Assembly (NCBI GenBank): GCA_963849325.1
Contig: CAWKHF010000005.1
Location: 896,001 to 960,000, forward strand
Direction of reading: 5' to 3'
Length of the DNA: 64,000 bases
Source: an uncultured Planctomycetota bacterium
Lineage (GTDB): Bacteria > Planctomycetota > Planctomycetia > Gemmatales > Gemmataceae
Shown here: positions 1 through 10,723 of the stretch, one piece after another
Position numbering within the stretch: the stretch's first letter is position 1
How the letters are laid out: every line of letters begins with the position of its first letter
Notes under the pieces: model-generated
Told to the model about the DNA's origin: nothing
What the model saw: the letters and a program-made list of their open reading frames with translations, nothing else
Databases searched by the model: none
Position numbers and translations under genes: made by a program

Positions 1-495
1 CAGCAAAATGATTTCACGGTCGTCCTCGTCCAGCTCGGTGATGGCCGCATCGAGGCGGCGCTGCAGCTCGCGGCGGATGGCCTCCGTCGCCGGCGTCAGC
101 TCCGGGTCAACCAGCTGGCCGGCCAATTCGTAGGACGAATGGTCGGCCAGCACGGCGGGGACGATTGGTTGCTCGCGGTCCAGGCTGCGCCGCTGCGCCT
201 GGCGATGGCGGCGGTGGGCGTCGATGATGTGGTCCTTGGCGATGTGCCGCAGCCAGAGGGGGAAAGGCATGGCTGGGTTTTTCAGATAATCCGGCAGACG
301 CCGATGTGCCTCGATAAGGACGTCCTGAACGATGTCGCTGGCATCGACGCGGGCGGCCAGCGCCGGATCCAGGCGCACGCCGATCAGGCGGCGCAGCGGC
401 TCGCGGTGCGCCGTCAGCAGACGCTCGACGGCCGTCGCCTCTCCTCGGCGCGCCTCTTCGAGTAACCGATCGGTTTCCGGCTGTTGGGGCCACAT
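1..495 (-). CDS. ECF sigma-70 factor, planctomycete-type (runs off the window edge)
   Basis: Manual translation from ATG 495: MWPQQPETDRLLEEARRGEATAVERLL...RLDPALAARVDASDIVQDVLIEAHRRL...F.LWLRHIA...; not in the ORF track because it is open at the edge. Confidence 0.85.
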   Translation of the reverse strand, partial: MWPQQPETDRLLEEARRGEATAVERLLTAHREPLRRLIGVRLDPALAARVDASDIVQDVLIEAHRRLPDYLKNPAMPFPLWLRHIAKDHIIDAHRRHRQAQRRSLDREQPIVPAVLADHSSYELAGQLVDPELTPATEAIRRELQRRLDAAITELDEDDREIILL

Positions 496-530
496 GGGAT
501 CGTTCCGGTTATCGGGGTTGCAACCCATCG

Positions 531-585
531 GAGCCGCGACCGTAAGGGAGCGGTGCTTTCTCCCGCTCCCTTACGGTCGCGGCTC
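531..585. repeat. REP-like palindrome
   Basis: gagccgcgaccgtaagggagcgg / ccgctcccttacggtcgcggctc inverted repeat just downstream of aspS. Confidence 0.85.
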
Positions 586-591
586 GGTTTG

Positions 592-2398
592 CTAAAGCCC
601 CAGCTCTTTCAGCTGTTTGGCATCGACCGGGGCCGTGCGTCCGGTCATCAAATCGCGCGCCTTCTGGTTCTTGGGAAAGGCGATGACATCGCGGATGTTG
701 CTGGTGCCGGCCAGGATCATGCTCAGACGATCCAGGCCCAGGGCGATGCCGCCGTGCGGCGGTGCGCCGAACTTCAAGGCGTCGAGCAGGAAGCCGAAAC
801 GCTGCCGGGCCTGCTCCGGCGACATGCCGAGCCGGGCGAACATCCGCGACTGCACCTCCGGGCTGTGGATACGGATGCTGCCGCCACCCACCTCGTAACC
901 GTTGATGACCAGGTCGTAGGCCTTGGCGCGCACCTTCGCCGGTTCGCTCTCCAGCAGGGCCAGATCCTCGTTGCGCGGCGCGGTGAACGGATGGTGGTTG
1001 GCCGCCCAGCGCTTCTCCTCCTCGTCCCAGATGAAGGAAGGAAAATCAACGACCCAGGCGATCCGAAAATCGCGGCGGGTTGCATCCACCAGGCCGAGCG
1101 TCGTCGCCAGGTGGACCCGCAGGGCGCCCAGACACTGACAAACCACGTCCTCCTTGTCGGCGACGATCAGAAGCAGGTCGCCGGCTTCGGCGGACAGCCG
1201 CTGGCGCAGCGCCGGTTGCATCGCGGCTGGCAGAAACTTCTCAATGGGCGACGTCAGCTTCTCGGCCTCGACCTTGATCCAGGCCAGTCCCTTCGCCCCC
1301 AATCGGCCGACGTATTCGGCCAGCTGGTCCAGTCCCTTGCGCGAGAACTTCTCCGCTCCGCCGCGGACGTTCAGACCGCGCACCTTGCCGCCGGAAGCGA
1401 TGACGTCCTGAAACACCTTGAACTGCGTCTGCCCGGCCAGGTCGGTCAACTCGGCGATCTCCAGGCCGAAGCGCAGGTCCGGCTTGTCGCTGCCGTATTT
1501 GAGCATGACCTCTTCATAGCCCAGGCGCGGCACCGGCAGCTCGATCGTCACACCGAGGCACTTGTCGAAGACTTCCGCAATCAGCCCCTCCGTGACCTTC
1601 AGCACGTCGTCGATCTCGACGAACGCCATCTCCAGGTCGAGCTGCGTGAACTCGGGTTGACGGTCGGCGCGGAGGTCCTCGTCGCGCAGGCAGCGCGCGA
1701 TCTGAAAGTATTTGTCGTAGCCGGCCACCATGAGGAGCTGCTTGTACAGCTGCGGCGACTGCGGCAGGGCGTACCAATAGGGCCGGCCGGTCTTCTCGTC
1801 ACTCCAGACGCGGCTGGGCACGAGATAATCGCGGCGCCCCCTCCGGTGTACTGCGGCCCAGCAACGGCGTCTCCAATTCCAGGAAGCCGCGGGCGTCGAG
1901 GTAATCGCGGATGACCTTGTTGAGCCGATGGCGCAGGGCCAACGTGCGCTGCAAGCTCGGACGGCGCAGGTCGAGATAACGATACTCCAGGCGCAGGTCC
2001 TCGCCGGCCAGTTCCGGATCGCCCAGGCCGCTCTCCAGCGGCACGGACATGACCGTGAACTTCGGCGTCGGGCAGCGGTTGAGGACGTGCATCGACTGGG
2101 CCACCACCTCGATGTCTCCCGTCGCCAGCTTGGCGTTGTGCTTGCCCGGCAAGCGCTCGCGGACCAATCCTCGCACGGACAGCACCCACTCGTCGCGGAC
2201 CTCCTGGGCGACGGTGAACAATTCGGGATGATCGGACTCCAGGACAACCTGCGTCAAGCCATAGCGGTCGCGGAGATCGACGAAGACCTGGTCCGGATAG
2301 GCGCGATAGCTGTTCACCCAGCCGTTGAGGACGACGGTTTGCCCGACGTGCGTGGGCCGCAATTCGCCGCAGGTGTGTGTCCGCTGCCACTCCGCCAT
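592..2398 (-). CDS. aspS: Aspartate--tRNA ligase (one frameshift near 1840, likely an error)
   Basis: RTHTCGELR, FVDLRDRYG, STPEGA|RDYLVPSR, LPQSPQLYKQLLM, RQPEFTQLDLEM, GAPPHGGIALGLDRL, split over two frames. Confidence 0.97.
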
Positions 2399-2463
2399 GT
2401 GCTTTTCCCTTGGTTTCGTTTCGTTTCGAGCCGCTTGCGGCTTGGAAGCTCTCCCAAGAAGAA

Positions 2464-2567
2464 CCTCACGCAAAGGCGCAAAGAACGCAAAGGAATAGAG
2501 AATAAAGATCCAAGTCACTCACGCCTATTGTTGTCTTTCTTTGCGTTCTTTGCGCCTTTGCGTGAGG
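2464..2567. repeat. Palindromic repeat, copy 1 (cctcacgcaaaggcgcaaagaacgcaaag arms)
   Basis: About 29-bp inverted arms around an AT-rich spacer; second copy at 48565-48708. Confidence 0.85.
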
Positions 2568-2594
2568 ATTTTGGTTAGAGGCTCTTAACCGATG

Positions 2595-3446
2595 TTATTC
2601 GGCCGTTCGCCGCATCAGCGTGCCGCGCTCGGGGTCTTCGCTGTACGCGCCGCGTTCGAGGGCGGAGACGAAGTTCGCGACCCAGGCCGACAGCGACGGG
2701 GCGGCGACGGGATGATCGGATCGTCCGCGCCAGCACTCGCGCACGGGACAGCCGGGCGAAGCGAGGTCCAGGCACAGGTAATTGCCGTTGTCGTCGTCGA
2801 GGAAAGGAGTCCAGGACGATTGCCAGCCCTCGTGCGGCTGAGCGTCGAGTTCCTTCTTGGCATCGGCGATTTCTCGGGCGCCCATGAGGTTCCAGCTCTG
2901 CTCGAAGGCGCCGGGGACGTCGGCGTTCTGGCCGTTGTGCCAGCTCAGCCAGGTCCGCAACTCCTCCGGCAGCGGCCGACCCAGCGCCGCGGCCAGGGCG
3001 TCGAGCTTGGCCATGTCGGCGCCCGGCTGCAGCGCCTGCCGGAAACGCGCCCGGTGGGTGCTCAGCCACTCATCGAGGCGAGTCAGCAGGTCGTTCAGAT
3101 TGTGCCCCGACGGCGCCGGCGGGACGGTCGATGTCGCGGGGGCCGCGGCCGGAGGCGGCGCGGCCGCGGGGGCGGATTCAGCTGGCTCCGCGGGACTCTC
3201 CTTCGGTTTGGGTCCGCCGGCGTGGATCGCCTTAAGGGCTTGCTGAATCTGCTCCGTCGCCGGCCCTGGCTCCGCGGCGCCGGCCACGCAGGCACAGACC
3301 CAGGACTCCCAGCTCATGGTGTGCGGCGGCCGACGACCGCCCACCGGACGGACGGACAGTCCCTCCTTGCTCAGGGTGACGGCCAACCGTTCGCCGCCGA
3401 CTTCGATCTCGCGCGTCAAGCTCCGGGTGAACTGCTGCATGACCAA
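2595..3446 (-). CDS. SMI1/KNR4 (SUKH) domain protein with an extra N-terminal domain and Pro/Ala linker
   Basis: LQPGA..AKLDALAAALGRPLPEELRTWLSWHNGQ...W.PFLDDDNGNYLCLDL. Confidence 0.85.
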   Translation of the reverse strand: MVMQQFTRSLTREIEVGGERLAVTLSKEGLSVRPVGGRRPPHTMSWESWVCACVAGAAEPGPATEQIQQALKAIHAGGPKPKESPAEPAESAPAAAPPPAAAPATSTVPPAPSGHNLNDLLTRLDEWLSTHRARFRQALQPGADMAKLDALAAALGRPLPEELRTWLSWHNGQNADVPGAFEQSWNLMGAREIADAKKELDAQPHEGWQSSWTPFLDDDNGNYLCLDLASPGCPVRECWRGRSDHPVAAPSLSAWVANFVSALERGAYSEDPERGTLMRRTAE

Positions 3447-3621
3447 CGCTCCCCACTCGGATAGATGATGGAGGATTGAAGACAGGTTTGGAGAATCCTC
3501 AATCCTCCATCCTCAATCTCTTCCCTGGCATCCTACCGCCGGCGCCCCGGCGTGGACAGGCTTGCGCCGCCGCGGTACAACGATCCTCGGTCGTCGCCCG
3601 TGGTCGGGAGAGGAGGAACGG

Positions 3622-4356
3622 ATGCGAATCATCGTGGGGATCGCCTTGATGGCGCTGGGGCTGGGAATACACACCCCGGTACGGGCTGGCGAGCGCGACA
3701 AGGCGCTGGCCGTGATCGAACAGGCCATCAAGGCCCACGGCGGCGCCGAGGCGCTGACCAAGGCGCAAAAGCGTTCGCGCCGCGGACAAGGCGTTCTGAC
3801 GCTCACCGGCGAGGTGCCCTTCACGACCGAAGAAACGGTCCATCTGCCCGATCGTTGCCGGGTCGTCCTGGAGGTCGGTCGCAACCGTGTCGTCATCGTC
3901 CTCAACGGCGACAAGGGCTGGCTGCTGCCGCCCGGCGGCTCTGCCCAACCGATGAACAAGGAACAGCTCGCCGAGCGGCGAGAGGAGCCTTACGTCTGGT
4001 GGCTGATGACGTTAACCCCTCTACAGAAAGACGGCTTCGACCTGACGCCGCTGCCCGACGCCAAGGTCAACGGTCAGGACGCCGCCGTCGTCAAGGTGGC
4101 GAGCAAGGGCCATCCCGACAGCCGATTGTTCTTCGATAAGAAGACCGGCCTGCTCGTCAAGATCGCTCGCCGCGCCAGGGAAGCGGGCGTGCCGCTCGAT
4201 CGCGAGTATTTGTACAGCGATCACAAGGACTTCGACGGCGTCAAGCTGCCCGCCAAGGAGATCATCACCATCAACGGCAAGAAGCAGAGCGAGGTGAAGT
4301 TCGCCAGCTACAAGCTGCTGTCCGCCCTCGACGGCGCCACGTTCAACAAGCCGTGA
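3622..4356 (+). CDS. Exported hypothetical protein (LolA-like fold possible)
   Basis: Signal peptide MRIIVGIALMALGLG; AIKAHGG, VLNGDKGW, LFFDKKTGLLVK, YSDHKDFDGVKLP. Confidence 0.75.
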   Translation: MRIIVGIALMALGLGIHTPVRAGERDKALAVIEQAIKAHGGAEALTKAQKRSRRGQGVLTLTGEVPFTTEETVHLPDRCRVVLEVGRNRVVIVLNGDKGWLLPPGGSAQPMNKEQLAERREEPYVWWLMTLTPLQKDGFDLTPLPDAKVNGQDAAVVKVASKGHPDSRLFFDKKTGLLVKIARRAREAGVPLDREYLYSDHKDFDGVKLPAKEIITINGKKQSEVKFASYKLLSALDGATFNKP

Positions 4357-4364
4357 TCCACGAA

Positions 4365-4583
4365 TCACGAGGGCGGCGCCGTCTCGGCGGCCTGGAAGCC
4401 ACAGGTGCGATGGTTGCCGTCGCAGAAGGGACGGTTCTTCGATTGGCCGCAGCGGCACAGGGCCACCGACTCCTTGCCCGGCGGGATGGTGAACACGTTG
4501 CCCAGGTGATCGACGATGCGCACCGGGCCTTTGACCACGTAAGGGCCATTCTCACGGCAGCGGATTTCCACGGGTTCCGACAT
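4365..4583 (-). CDS. CDGSH-type iron-sulfur domain protein
   Basis: ENGPYVV and LCRCGQSKNRPFCDGNH. Confidence 0.93.
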   Translation of the reverse strand: MSEPVEIRCRENGPYVVKGPVRIVDHLGNVFTIPPGKESVALCRCGQSKNRPFCDGNHRTCGFQAAETAPPS

Positions 4584-4614
4584 CGGTTGTCCTTTCGTCC
4601 CTTGGGTGTTCTTC

Positions 4615-5292
4615 TCAGCCCTCCATCTCCAGCACGCGGTCGCGCTTGGGGTGGTTCACGAAATAATACGAGAGCCGACGAGCCACGTGTTCCAGGAACT
4701 GCTGGCGGAACTGCATGACGGGCATGTCGAAGCTGCTCAGCCGCGGCTCACTCGGATAAAGGTCCGTGAATTCGTCCGGCTGGAGCGTCTCGTCGGTTTT
4801 CTTGACGTCCTCCAGGGACACCAGGATGTGGGTCCGTCCGTGGTACAACTGCTGATTGGCGTTGGGTTCATAGAGACTCAGCTGGTCGATCTCCAGGACG
4901 ATCACGTAATCCGCCTTGAAATAGCGACCGACCTGGGCCGGATCGAGGCTCTTCCACTCGGGGTGGGTATTCTTGTACTCCTCGACCAGGCGCGGCTTGA
5001 CGATGGTGACTTTCTCCTGGTTCTCCTCGGACAATTGATGGATTTGCCGGGCGAGCATGTCGGTCAGCTGGCGATCGACCTGGGCGAACTCCGGCCGTAG
5101 GTCCAGCCCCATGTAGGTCCACAGGACGACCGTGATTTCCTTATTTTTGTCGTCGGAAGCGAGCCGTTTGTACTTGGCCGGCTCCTTCGCTTCGGGGAAG
5201 AGGAAGTACATGGCCGTGGGGAAACTGCAGCCGGCGACGAGGACGGCCCCGCACAGACTCAGCAGCAAAGCTCCCCGACGCAATCCGTTCAT
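4615..5292 (-). CDS. Hypothetical lipoprotein
   Basis: MNGLRRGALLLSLCGAVLVAGC lipobox; coding-like ORF. Confidence 0.75.
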   Translation of the reverse strand: MNGLRRGALLLSLCGAVLVAGCSFPTAMYFLFPEAKEPAKYKRLASDDKNKEITVVLWTYMGLDLRPEFAQVDRQLTDMLARQIHQLSEENQEKVTIVKPRLVEEYKNTHPEWKSLDPAQVGRYFKADYVIVLEIDQLSLYEPNANQQLYHGRTHILVSLEDVKKTDETLQPDEFTDLYPSEPRLSSFDMPVMQFRQQFLEHVARRLSYYFVNHPKRDRVLEMEG

Positions 5293-5303
5293 GGCTCTCT
5301 CCC

Positions 5304-5818
5304 TCATCCTTGAAATGTCGTGCCGGACCACCACGCCCAGCCGAGAACGATCGCCCAGCGCAGCATCATCAGGCCGAGGAAGGCCAGGACGACCCGAGTG
5401 AGGGCGCGCTCCACCGAGTAAAGGAAGAGCGTCCGTTTGCACACCACGCTGCCCAGGCACCAGGGGATGAGCGTCAGACAGAACAGGGCCAGCAGTGTAC
5501 CGACCCAGTTGGCGCGCAGCGAGTTCGCCAGGTCGCCGTGCATGAGCAAGGAAAAGCTCGTGGTCATGCCGCACGACGGGCACGGCAGGCCGGTTTTGTC
5601 GAAGAACGTGCAGGGCGGCAGGCCCATCTTCTGGTGCGTGGCCATGCGCAGGGGCGAACCGTCCTCGTGGTACGGATTGAGCAGGGCGGCCACGACGAAC
5701 ACGGCGACCAGGGCCAGCGCCACGCCGATCAGCGACCCGCGCACCCAGCGCGGAGGACGGGGATGGCGTCGTACACGTCTGGCTCTTCTTGGCTCGACAG
5801 CGTTGGAAGGGGAGTCAT
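5304..5818 (-). CDS. DUF2752-like membrane protein (probable frameshift near 5755)
   Basis: THQKMGLPPC.F...TGLPCPSCGMTTSF motif plus TM segments. Confidence 0.85.
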
Positions 5819-5856
5819 AGCGATCATCCGGGTGCGATGCAAGGGCAAAAGTTTCC

Positions 5857-5942
5857 AGTTCTGAGTTCTGAGTTCTGAGTTCTGAGTGAAAGAAAGAAGG
5901 AGATGTTTTTCACTCAGAACTCAGAACTCAGAACTCAGAACT
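5857..5942. repeat. Hairpin built from tandem heptamers (AGTTCTG)n / (CAGAACT)n
   Basis: 35-bp arms at 5857-5891 and 5908-5942, each with about four 7-mer units. Confidence 0.9.
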
Positions 5943-6590
5943 TTTTTTTCCGCCGCTTCGGTCGCCGCGTTCATGGCCTGTTCGACCTGAAGGCGGTAGT
6001 GTTCGAGCTGGTCCTTGCCGACGTTCTCGGGCACGCGGATCGGCTCGGCGGTGACGCACACGGCGGCGCTCCACGGATGCGGCACGGCGAAGCGGTCCCA
6101 GCTGCGCACTGCGCCAGGCGCGGGCGAAGGCGACGCCGAAGGGCACGATCGGCAGGCCGGTCAGCGCCGCCAGGTAGACCACGCCCGGCTGGACCTTCCG
6201 TCGCGGCCCGCGCGGTCCGTCCGGCGTGATGGCCAGGTGCGCCGACCGGCTCAGTCGCTGCATCTGCCGGATGGCGCGGGCGCCGCCGCGCGTGGCCGAG
6301 CCGCGCACCACGCGGAAGCCCAGGTGCCGGCACGCCTCGGCGATGAGCTGGCCGTCGGCGTGCTGGCTGATGAGAACGTGGATGTCGCGCCGCCCATAAT
6401 GGTAGGCTGGCACCAGGATGTTCTCATGCCAGAAAGCATACAGATAACGACCTCGCAAGTTCGGCTGATTCGGGTCGAGGTTGGCGCCCATCGGCCGATA
6501 GCGGTAACGCAAGGTGCCAATCCACAAGCGGACCAGCCAGCCGACCGCGAACCCCAGTGCCTTGATTAACATCGGATGGCGAATCTTCAT
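5921..6590 (-). CDS. DUF374 / lysophospholipid acyltransferase family protein (frameshift near 6110)
   Basis: YAFWHE, LISQHADG, VRGSATRGG, AITPDGPRGP, SWDRFAVP.P. Confidence 0.9.
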
Positions 6591-6623
6591 CGCGGGCCTC
6601 CCTGCCACACGGACCCCTTGCGG

Positions 6624-7460
6624 CTACTGGGGCCACTCCCCACGGAACACCTCGACGGCGGGGCCGGTCAGATATACGTGATTATCCGCCTCGGACCACT
6701 CCAGTTGCAAGTCGCCGCCGGGCAAATGCGCGGTGAGGCGTCGCTGCGTCCGTCCGGTGAGATGTCCGGCCACGACGACGGCGCAGGCGCCGGTGCCGCA
6801 AGCCAGCGTCTCCCCCGAGCCGCGCTCCCACACGCGCACGGTCACGTCGTCGGGTCGATTGACGCGGACGAACTCGGCGTTGACGCGGCGCGGAAACGCG
6901 GGATGGCGTTCGACCTGCGGTCCCACGCCGAGGATCAGGGCATCGGTGACATCGTCCACGAAGGTGACGCAGTGCGGATTGCCCATCGATACGCAGGTAA
7001 CGCGCAGCGTCTGCCCGGCCACGTCGAGCCCGGCGTTCAACGGCGGATCGCCGGGCAACGCGGTCGGGATGCGGTCGGCTTGCAGGATCGGCTCGCCCAT
7101 GTCCACGCGCACCTGCCGGACGGCGCCGCCGGCGATTTCCAGTTCTAGCGTCAACACGCCGCGGCCGGTCTCGATGGTCAACGGCGACTTGCGGATCAGG
7201 CCGTGATCGTGGACGAATTTGGCCACGCAACGGACGCCGTTGCCGCACATCTCCGCCTCGCTGCCGTCGGCGTTGTACATGCGCATGCGGGCATCGGCCT
7301 TGTCGGACGGACAGATGAGGATCAGCCCGTCGCTGCCAACGCCGAAGTGTCGGTCGCTGAGGACGCGACTGAGACCGGCTGGATCGTGCGGCATCGATTG
7401 GCGGAAGCAATCGACGTAGACATAATCGTTGCCGCAACCGTGCATTTTGACAAAGTGCAT
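6624..7460 (-). CDS. dapF: Diaminopimelate epimerase
   Basis: [51 protein letters not shown]. Confidence 0.98.
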   Translation of the reverse strand: MHFVKMHGCGNDYVYVDCFRQSMPHDPAGLSRVLSDRHFGVGSDGLILICPSDKADARMRMYNADGSEAEMCGNGVRCVAKFVHDHGLIRKSPLTIETGRGVLTLELEIAGGAVRQVRVDMGEPILQADRIPTALPGDPPLNAGLDVAGQTLRVTCVSMGNPHCVTFVDDVTDALILGVGPQVERHPAFPRRVNAEFVRVNRPDDVTVRVWERGSGETLACGTGACAVVVAGHLTGRTQRRLTAHLPGGDLQLEWSEADNHVYLTGPAVEVFRGEWPQ

Positions 7461-7464
7461 GCCA

Positions 7465-8460
7465 TCAACTCTCTTCCGGCTCATCGGGGATTGGCGGTTG
7501 GTCGGGTGTTTCGATGGAGCGGGCCATAGTCAGGCACTCGCGTAGGAAACTCTCTAACCACCGTATCTGGCTCACCTTCGACCGCTCGAAGAAATGAATC
7601 GATTCGGAGGCCAATTCAGCACCTCGCCACCAGCGGCAGCGGCCAGGAATCCAATTTTCTTCCCCCAACTCACCTTCGCCGAGACGAGCGGCTGCTTCTG
7701 GGTCAATTCGGCAGCGTGTGCCGAACCAAAGTTCGTCTGGATTCTCGTAGGCCAAACCGAACCAATACTTTTGTCCATCGAGCCGGAGTCCAATGTAATC
7801 CCAACTCGCCGCCCTCTTGGCAGGCACTTTGCAAGCGATGGCGGTTTCGTGAAGCATGTTGAGCATGTTTGCCAATGCCCGAATCCCTTCAGGCATGTAT
7901 TTGCCCACTTGCGTCAGATTCATATTTCTCTCCCTCAAAAAGTCGAGAAACTGTCTTGCCAGAAAGCTGGCAATCTCATTGGCTGCCTCTACCGCAGGCA
8001 ACTCGCTTTCCAGCCAATCGGCAACCTCAAACCAGCGGACTTCGAGATCCGGGCGTGTTTCGTCCGCCTGGAATACCTCCGGGTACTGAGTCAAAAGAAC
8101 AAGCCGGGTCTGTTTCATGCCGGATTCAGCCAACAGCACTCGATATCCCTCTAATTGCCCGGCCCACAGCGGCGATTCCGCTTTCACCTCGATCCAAACC
8201 AAGCGATCTTTGGTGCTGATTTCCAGATCCGGCCGTCCCGAGCCGGTTTCAACTTGGGTGTGGATCTCTATGGCGCTGGCATCTCCCGGTGCCAAATCGA
8301 CAAAGCCACCCGTTAGCCGGCTCACCAATCGCATGCCGACCTCGGGAGCCAAAATCAGCAATTGTTCCAGCACAACCGCCAGCGATTCCGTCAGGAAGTT
8401 CTCATCCTGCCGGGCCGCCCATTTGTGTAATCGCGCGAACAGGTTTGGGCCGCTGGCCAA
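7465..8460 (-). CDS. PD-(D/E)XK nuclease family protein
   Basis: ENFLTE, GRPDLEI...WIEVK, QLEGY; visibly lower GC than neighbours. Confidence 0.8.
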   Translation of the reverse strand: MASGPNLFARLHKWAARQDENFLTESLAVVLEQLLILAPEVGMRLVSRLTGGFVDLAPGDASAIEIHTQVETGSGRPDLEISTKDRLVWIEVKAESPLWAGQLEGYRVLLAESGMKQTRLVLLTQYPEVFQADETRPDLEVRWFEVADWLESELPAVEAANEIASFLARQFLDFLRERNMNLTQVGKYMPEGIRALANMLNMLHETAIACKVPAKRAASWDYIGLRLDGQKYWFGLAYENPDELWFGTRCRIDPEAAARLGEGELGEENWIPGRCRWWRGAELASESIHFFERSKVSQIRWLESFLRECLTMARSIETPDQPPIPDEPEES

Positions 8461-8536
8461 GGCTCACTCCCATTCGATCATCTTGGTGAAACGCATGAAA
8501 TCAAGAATTCTCTGATTCCTCGGAGCGGTCGAATGA

Positions 8537-8854
8537 CTATGTTTTTTTACGTCCTGGTTCGCGCAGCAATCGCCGGGCTAATACTTTTTTTATTCTCTGC
8601 CAGCATTCTTCGGTAACAAAGTAGGTCTGAGTTGCGGCGTAACGTTTCCCGTCGGCGGTTTCAAAGATCACCAGCCACCCGTTGGGCCGATCCGACAAGC
8701 GCAGGTCTTGTCGGGAACCCAGATAGCGAAGACGTTCGCCGACACGAAAATGACGGCAGGTGTCCCAGGAAAAGCCCTCCCCATCCGGAGAGGCATGAAA
8801 CGCCTGAATACACACAAACTCCTCGCCGGCCTGGCACTCCAGGATCACGCTCAT
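8537..8854 (-). CDS. Hypothetical protein, candidate immunity partner of the upstream toxin-like ORF
   Basis: 105 aa ORF starting 12 nt after the 8867-9148 ORF ends; role inferred from position. Confidence 0.6.
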   Translation of the reverse strand: MSVILECQAGEEFVCIQAFHASPDGEGFSWDTCRHFRVGERLRYLGSRQDLRLSDRPNGWLVIFETADGKRYAATQTYFVTEECWQRIKKVLARRLLREPGRKKT

Positions 8855-8866
8855 CGTTCGCGCCTT

Positions 8867-9148
8867 TCAGGAAAAGTTGTCCTCGCCATGATGAACGTCG
8901 CCATCCGGCCGAACATTTGTATGAGAACCATTCGGATGCTGCACGTCCCAATGAAAATCCTCTTCGCGTCCGCTGGGATGAGGGTGCGGCACCCACTCAT
9001 TGCCGTTCGCATCCAGATAACCATCCTGCGGGCCACGCGGCGGGTTTCTCAACCAATCATCTCGCTTCGGCGGAACAAACGAGTGCCTGCCCCGCCGCGG
9101 AAGCAACCGCCAGGGGTACTTCGTCGGCCAATCCTCTGCCGAAGCCAT
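8867..9148 (-). CDS. Stand-alone polymorphic-toxin-like domain (Ntox17/Ntox37-like, predicted RNase)
   Basis: LP..GR..FVPP...PRGPQDGYLDANGNEWVP...HWDVQHPNGSHTNV.PDG resembles the remembered Ntox17/37 consensus. Confidence 0.7.
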   Translation of the reverse strand: MASAEDWPTKYPWRLLPRRGRHSFVPPKRDDWLRNPPRGPQDGYLDANGNEWVPHPHPSGREEDFHWDVQHPNGSHTNVRPDGDVHHGEDNFS

Positions 9149-9160
9149 TCGGATTTATCC

Positions 9161-10715
9161 TCATTCCCATTCAATCGTCGCCGGCGGCTTGCTGGTGACA
9201 TCGTAAACGACCCGGTTCACTCCCGCCACCGAGTTGACGATCCGCGCCGACACCTTGCCCAGCAATTCATACGGCAGCTTCGACCAGTCGGCGGTCATGA
9301 AATCGTCCGTCTGCACCACGCGCAGGGCGATGACATTTTCATAGGTCCGGCCGTCGCCCATGACGCCGACGGACTGGATCGGCAACAGCACCGCGAACGC
9401 CTGCGACGTTCTGGCGATACCACCCAGACTGCTTCAATTCGTCGAGCAAAATCGCATCGGCCTGGCGGAGAACGGCGAGACGCTCGGCGGTGACGGGACC
9501 GAGGCAGCGCACGGCCAGGCCGGGACCGGGGAACGGATGCCGATAGACCAGTGCCTCGGGCAGCCCCAGCTCGACGCCGAGGCGGCGCACCTCGTCCTTG
9601 AACAAGTCCTTGAGCGGTTCGATCAGCTCGAAGCCGAGTTCCTTGGGCAGTCCACCGACGTTGTGATGGGTCTTGATGTTGGCGGCGGGACCGTCGGCCG
9701 CGCCGCCGCTCTCGATCACGTCCGGGTAGAGCGTGCCCTGGGCGAGGAAGTGAGCGCCCTCGATGTGGCGCGCCTCGTCCTTGAACACGTCGATGAAAAC
9801 GTGACCGATGCGACGCCGCTTCTCCTGCGGATCGCTGATGCCTTCCAGCGCCTGCAGGAAGCGGGCGCCGGCATCGACGATGTGCAAATCGGCCTGGAAA
9901 TGTCCGGTGAACGTGCGCCGCACCGACTCGACCTCGCCCTGGCGCAGCAGGCCATTATCGACGAAGATGCACGACACCTGCCGGCCAACCGCCCGCAACA
10001 GCAGGGCGGCCGTCACCGACGAATCGACGCCGCCGGACAGGCCGCACAGGACGCGCCGATCGCCGACACGCTCGACCAGCGCCGCCACCGTCTGCGACAG
10101 GAATGAGTCGATCCGCCACAAGCCCTGGCAGCCGCACACGTCGTAGAGAAAATTGCGGAGGATGCGCGTGCCCTGCGGCGTGTGGCTGACCTCGGGATGG
10201 AACTGCAAGCCGTAGACGGGACGAGTGCGATGACGGGTCGCGGCCATCGGACAGGTATCGGTCGCGGCCAGGGACACGAAATCGCCCTGCACCAGCTGTA
10301 CCTGGTCGCCGTGGCTCATCCACACGGTCGTCTCGCTCGGCACACCGGCGAACAATCCGTCGGCGTCGGTGATGCGGCAGACGGCTGGGCCGAACTCGCG
10401 GCTGGGGGCCGACAGAACCTTGCCGCCGAGCAGGTGACAGGCCAGTTGCATGCCGTAGCAGATGCCGAGCACGGGGATGCCGAGGTCGAACAGGCGCGGA
10501 TCGCAGCGCGGCGCCTTGGCGGCGTAGACGCTGGCCGGGCCGCCGGAGAAGATCAGGCCGCGCGGCTTCAACTCGGCGATGCGCTCGGCCGCGAGGTCGT
10601 GGCGGACGATCTGGCAAAAGACGTTCAGCTCGCGGACACGGCGGGCGATGAGCTGGCCGTACTGCGAGCCGAAGTCGAGAATCAGGATCGTTTCATTCTC
10701 AGGCAAAGCAGTCAT
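9161..10715 (-). CDS. guaA: GMP synthase, glutamine-hydrolysing (frameshift near 9410)
   Basis: [58 protein letters not shown]. Confidence 0.98.
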
Positions 10716-10723
10716 GGGACTTC

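Noticed and set aside
484-1914. Long antisense ORFs (also 14794-16071, 33028-34272, 49156-51336)
   Set aside because: Shadows of real genes on the opposite strand in high-GC DNA; no recognisable motifs
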